A stretch of 61,816 nucleotides of DNA from an uncultured Candidatus Saccharibacteria bacterium (GTDB lineage Bacteria > Patescibacteriota > Saccharimonadia > Saccharimonadales > Saccharimonadaceae). The stretch is from contig CAUSSQ010000001.1 in assembly GCA_963534385.1 (NCBI GenBank), positions 1-61,816 on the forward strand, given 5' to 3'. This document shows, piece after piece, positions 57,907 to 61,816 of this stretch; position 1 is the first letter of the stretch; each line of letters begins with the position of its first letter. Position numbers and translations under genes: made by a program. The notes under the pieces are model-generated. The model had not been told where the DNA came from. It searched no databases and was given only the letters and a program-made list of their open reading frames with translations.

Positions 57907-58608
57907 ATGCTACTACTGTTAGACGATTTGCTTGGGCTACTTTCACCCCATATTTGTAAGCGTTGCGGTGTTGTAGGTAGTACTTATTGTAAGCGTTGTA
58001 TTTATGACGTAGCTGAGCAGCCGTACTCCGTTTGCTTGAACTGCCGTGGTAGATGCTCACCGGATAACCTCTGCCCTAGTTGTCACAAGGCGCTATCTTG
58101 TTTCACCAGGTTGATCTCTATCGCTCCTAGGCGTGGTTCGCTAAAACGCCTGGTTGATGGCTATAAGTTTCATAGCGAAGTGGCCTCGGCGCAGGTCTTA
58201 GCTGGGCTGATCGATCTGCGGCTGGGCGACCTGCCGGCTGGGACGGTAATCGTCCCTATTCCTACGGTAGCTAGCCATATTAGAGAGCGAGGCTTTGACC
58301 ATATGCTTCTAGTGGCGAAGCAATTAGCTAGGAGGCGTCAGCTGGCGGTAGCTGACCGTATTCTCATGAGGACGGACAACCTATCTCAGCACCGGCTGAG
58401 TGCTCCGGAGCGGCGGCGTCTGATCAGTAAGTCGCTAGTTCTCTCCTCTGCCTATGATCAGCCGGTGAATGATGATATCCCGAAGAATGTTCTACTGCTC
58501 GATGATATCTGGACGACCGGCTCGACCATGATCAGAGCCGCCGGACTTCTTAAAAAAGCCGGTGTTAGGCGTATTACTGCCGTAGCCATCTTAACTCAGC
58601 CTCGATAG
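57907..58608 (+). CDS. comF: ComF family protein (double zinc ribbon + PRTase)
   Basis: four CxxC motifs, RERGFD, LLLDDIWTTGST; start uncertain. Confidence 0.85.
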   Translation: MLLLLDDLLGLLSPHICKRCGVVGSTYCKRCIYDVAEQPYSVCLNCRGRCSPDNLCPSCHKALSCFTRLISIAPRRGSLKRLVDGYKFHSEVASAQVLAGLIDLRLGDLPAGTVIVPIPTVASHIRERGFDHMLLVAKQLARRRQLAVADRILMRTDNLSQHRLSAPERRRLISKSLVLSSAYDQPVNDDIPKNVLLLDDIWTTGSTMIRAAGLLKKAGVRRITAVAILTQPR

Positions 58609-58650
58609 CCGCTAGAATCATTCGAGGGCAAATGAATAATGTCAATAGTT

Positions 58651-58740
58651 TGGCGGAAGAGGAGGGATTCGAACCCTCGAAGACCTTGCGGTCTTATCGC
58701 TTTTCGAGAGCGACCAGATCAACCACTCCTGCACCCTTCC
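58651..58740 (-). tRNA. tRNA-Ser(CGA)
   Basis: GGAAGGG..CTCTTCC-G-CCA, anticodon loop CT-CGA-AA, long variable arm, GTTCGAATC. Confidence 0.95.
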
Positions 58741-58761
58741 CCGACTGTTAGTATAGCATGC

Positions 58762-59403
58762 TTACAGTTTGAGGTAGCGGATAAGCTTATCGATGCCCCG
58801 CTCAGGTACTTCCTCCATCGGCAGGAAGTTGGCTAGCATATCGACGATTCTTTCACCATCAGTCTCACTAATATATGGCGTGACTTCCATGCCGAATTGG
58901 CGGTTGGGTATTAAGACCAGTTGCCACAGCTTGTCACTCCGGCGGACGCCGAAAGAGTGAAACTCGCTATATGGGTGTAACTTGTCGTTGATGTCTATCC
59001 CTTTACCGGAGATAGTATACTTGACTACCCTGCTTGGTAGCTTAGCCGAGCTGACCAGGGCGATGTACATCACTATTAGTAGGACGGCGATGGTAATCGC
59101 TGAGACCAGCTCCATCCTCTTGATGGCGACCATGACTATGACAAAGACGAGCGCCAGGCTGAATATTGCAGCGGCGATCTGATACCATTTTTTACTCCGC
59201 TGAGGCGATATCGAGCTACTGGCCGTCCAGGTGATCGGCGGTAAATCCGGTACTCGGTCGGTAACTGACGATGCTTGACCGCTCGTCGGAGTGCTACTTG
59301 TCGGTTGAGTCGTATTACCCTGCCCCATCGGTGGCAGAGGTGCTTGTTTGTCTTGGCCTTCTATAGGCGAAAGAGGCGTATTGCCTGATCCACTATCTTG
59401 CAT
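58762..59403 (-). CDS. conserved two-TM membrane protein (DUF5673-like)
   Basis: disordered N-terminus, W..S..R...WY, 2 TMs, beta-rich C-terminal domain; start moved out of the tRNA to ATG 59403. Confidence 0.65.
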   Translation of the reverse strand: MQDSGSGNTPLSPIEGQDKQAPLPPMGQGNTTQPTSSTPTSGQASSVTDRVPDLPPITWTASSSISPQRSKKWYQIAAAIFSLALVFVIVMVAIKRMELVSAITIAVLLIVMYIALVSSAKLPSRVVKYTISGKGIDINDKLHPYSEFHSFGVRRSDKLWQLVLIPNRQFGMEVTPYISETDGERIVDMLANFLPMEEVPERGIDKLIRYLKL

Positions 59404-59439
59404 AGACTCATTATAGCATAAGCTAGTTAAATAATTACT

Positions 59440-59532
59440 TGGCGGAGGAGGGGAGATTCGAACTCCCGCGCCAGATTTCTCCAACCTAACGATTTAGCAA
59501 ACCGTCCCCTTCAGCCACTTGGGTACTCCTCC
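59440..59532 (-). tRNA. tRNA-Ser(GCT)
   Basis: GGAGGAG..CTCCTCC-G-CCA, anticodon loop TT-GCT-AA, long variable arm. Confidence 0.95.
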
Positions 59533-59561
59533 AGCTAGCAGTTATTCTAGCAGAGATCAGC

Positions 59562-61145
59562 TTAAATTGACAGCGCCCGGATGAAGGCGGTGAATAGCGG
59601 ATGCGGTCGCATAGGGCGGGAGCGAAACTCGGGGTGAGCCTGGGTGGCAACGAAAAAGCGATGCCGAGGTGCTTCGACGAACTCAACCAGACGACCATCC
59701 GGCGATGTACCGGAGACGATCAGTCCGCCGTCATTAATATAGCCGAGGAAAGCTCGATTGACTTCATAGCGATGACGATGGCGTTCGGTCACTGTAGTCG
59801 TACCGTAGATCCGGGCCACCTGGCTGCCGGCGACCAGTTTAGCCGGGTAATTACCCAGGCGCATCGTGCCGCCGGTCGATTCTTTACCCTTCTGATCATC
59901 CATGATGTAGATGACATCATCTTTTGACTCGGGGTCAATCTCAGTGCTGGTTGCCTTCTCCAGTCCACCTCGCCTGGCAGCGGCGATGGCTGCCATCTGG
60001 AGACCTAAGCATAGTCCAAGATAGGGTTTGTCGTGAGCCAGGGCGTAACTAGCTGCTTTAATCTTACCTTCCAGCCCCCGTGTGCCGAAGCCGCCCGGCA
60101 CTAAGATGCCATCAACTGAGGCTAGCTCTTCGTCAGTCACCGTCTCAGCATTGAGCCACTTGAGCTCCAAGTTGACTTGGTTAGCATACGAAGCGGCTTT
60201 GAGTGCCTCGGTCACCGAGATGTAGGTATCGGTATTGTCGGTATACTTAGCTACCAGCCCGACGGTTACCGTCCGGTCATAGCGTTGACTGCTAATCCGG
60301 CGGAGCTTCTCCCAAGCCGACATATCAGGCTGGTTGTCTATATTGACAAACTGGTTTAATACTTCTGCTATATCACTCTTAAGCAGATTAAAGGGTACGT
60401 CGTAGACTGACTTGATGTCGGGTAAGATTACCACTGCCTGCTTAGGAATGTTAGCGAAGCGGGCGATCTTATCGGCGATGGCTCGGGGCGCCATCTTCTC
60501 GGTGCGGGCTAAGACGATATCGGGGATGATACCAAAGCCCCTGAGGTCTTGCAGGGCATTCTGAGCCGGTTTAGTCTTAAACTCCTGGCTGATTTTGAGC
60601 CACGGTACGTAGACGACTGAGACATAGAGACAATTATGCTGCCCGACGAGGCTGGAGAAAGTGCGGATGGCCTCGACGAAAGCTAGTCCCTCGTAATCGC
60701 CGATCGTGCCACCGATCTCGACCAGGTGAACATCGCTTCCTTGGCTAGCTCTGAGAATTGACTGGTGGATAGCATTTGTCAGATGAGGAACCAGCTGGAC
60801 GGTCTTACCGTGAAAACCCCCCGAACGCTCCTTTTTGATCAGTTCCTGGTAGAGTTTGCCGGATAGAGTGATAGAGTCCTTGGTCGTTTCTTCGTCGAGA
60901 AACCGCTCGTAATGACCTAGGTCAAGGTCAGTCTCTGCGCCATCCTTTGTTACGAAGCATTCGCCGTGTTCAGCCGGGTTAAGTAGCCCGGCATCAACGT
61001 TGAGATAGGGGTCGCACTTCTGGATGCTGACCTTGAGTCCTTTACCTTTAAGGATCGCCCCCATGCTGGCGGCAGCTATCCCCTTACCTACTCCGGAGAT
61101 CACTCCCCCCGTGACAAAGATATATTTGGTATTTGTTTTTTTCAT
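59562..61145 (-). CDS. pyrG: CTP synthase
   Basis: KYIFVTGGV.SG.GKG, DPYLNVD, GLCLGLQ, ERHRHRYEVN, QAHPEF. Confidence 0.98.
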   Translation of the reverse strand: MKKTNTKYIFVTGGVISGVGKGIAAASMGAILKGKGLKVSIQKCDPYLNVDAGLLNPAEHGECFVTKDGAETDLDLGHYERFLDEETTKDSITLSGKLYQELIKKERSGGFHGKTVQLVPHLTNAIHQSILRASQGSDVHLVEIGGTIGDYEGLAFVEAIRTFSSLVGQHNCLYVSVVYVPWLKISQEFKTKPAQNALQDLRGFGIIPDIVLARTEKMAPRAIADKIARFANIPKQAVVILPDIKSVYDVPFNLLKSDIAEVLNQFVNIDNQPDMSAWEKLRRISSQRYDRTVTVGLVAKYTDNTDTYISVTEALKAASYANQVNLELKWLNAETVTDEELASVDGILVPGGFGTRGLEGKIKAASYALAHDKPYLGLCLGLQMAAIAAARRGGLEKATSTEIDPESKDDVIYIMDDQKGKESTGGTMRLGNYPAKLVAGSQVARIYGTTTVTERHRHRYEVNRAFLGYINDGGLIVSGTSPDGRLVEFVEAPRHRFFVATQAHPEFRSRPMRPHPLFTAFIRALSI

Positions 61146-61179
61146 AAGTCCCTCACTTAGCTTACAGGGATATGATAAC

Positions 61180-61210
61180 ACAAAAATATCCCGCTCGGGG
61201 ATATTTTTGT
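61180..61210 (-). terminator. intrinsic terminator
   Basis: ACAAAAATATCCC-GCTCG-GGGATATTTTTGT. Confidence 0.75.
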
Positions 61211-61237
61211 TGACTATCAATAGGGAGCCGATGCGAT

Positions 61238-61522
61238 TTACTTTGACTGCTCCGGCTGATCAACTTTCTGTAGACGGGATTCGACAGGCTTCCGTTCTCG
61301 GACTGCCGTGGTAGTCGGCTTTGCTAAGGCGGCAAAGTTAGCCGGGATACCTCGACCATCACGGTCGTCGTTGTCTTGATCAACCTGGTCATGATCCTCT
61401 AGGTATGGATCAGGTAAACCCGCTTGGTCAAACTTCTCGCCTACATAGTACTTGATATCTTCCGGCTTCGTATTGCTATCAAAGTCAACATCCCGGAAAG
61501 CTTTACGTTTTCGATCTATCAT
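61238..61522 (-). CDS. small hypothetical protein
   Basis: promoter TTGACG-17-TATAGT, SD AAAGGA, downstream terminator. Confidence 0.6.
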   Translation of the reverse strand: MIDRKRKAFRDVDFDSNTKPEDIKYYVGEKFDQAGLPDPYLEDHDQVDQDNDDRDGRGIPANFAALAKPTTTAVRERKPVESRLQKVDQPEQSK

Positions 61523-61816
61523 TTTTGGTTTTCCTTTCGTTAAACTAGCTATACTATATCATGAAAGAGCTTATGCGTCAAGACTAGTGCTACATTAACA
61601 CTTTAACTGCAAAGGATAAGCTAAATAGAGACACGTTTCAAGTTCCTGTATTAACGTACTGACACTTCGTCAAGTGGGCAAACTAAATCCCCCCTTTTTC
61701 ATAGATACAACGGATGGAGCTAATCTATTGTTTGACGTATAGCGTCGCTTTATAATGGTGCTCACCGGTGATCGGGTCGGGAATGGAGATGGTCTTAGTG
61801 GCCCGCCAACCAGTCA

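Noticed and set aside
58639..59698. short ORFs at 58639-58836 and 59486-59698, and the N-terminal extension of 58762-59484
   Set aside because: They overlap tRNA-Ser genes or pyrG.
2150..60359. numerous 60-200 aa antisense or alternative-frame ORFs inside long genes
   Set aside because: Fully nested in well-supported genes, with no motifs or expression signals.
61146..61180. TCCCT/AGGGA hairpin over the pyrG SD, suggesting CTP-dependent start-site switching
   Set aside because: The C-run lies only 3-5 nt after the apparent -10 (TATCAT), too close to be transcribed; no pyrG-type G-run/terminator leader seen.
61757..61816. GGAGATGG segment after a TATAAT, resembling the start of a fluoride riboswitch or other ncRNA
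   Set aside because: The expected complementary stem is missing and the sequence is cut by the window end.

Overview
Chromosomal segment that spans the replication origin (jag-yidC-rnpA-rpmH / oriC / dnaA-dnaN-recF) of a small-genome bacterium. Gene content and order point to Candidatus Saccharibacteria (TM7, CPR); this assignment is inferred. Left of the origin are rny-tsaB, recA-recX, a small compositionally distinct island (S66/MccF-like peptidase and a NucS-like nuclease) and a ~21 kb surface-glycan locus (LCP, priming transferase, ligase/polymerase, GT2/GT4s, glf, Wzm/Wzt, GtrAB, an LGFP-repeat protein). Right of the origin are a MacB-type ABC pair, T4SS-like genes (PrgI/VirB3-like, split VirB4, VirB6-like, seven tandem VirB2-like pilins) interleaved with PGI/PMI and groES-groEL (with a CIRCE box), then Hsp20, ComF, two tRNA-Ser genes and pyrG. 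The most striking unannotated element is a His-rich leader peptide (MTKLFSLHHHFHL) with mutually exclusive antiterminator/terminator hairpins upstream of the MccF-like peptidase. It looks like a classical histidine attenuator placed on a non-biosynthetic gene. Also notable are pervasive leaderless promoters and near-identical promoters in front of the two divergent T4SS units. All product calls come from motif recognition by eye; no database searches were run.
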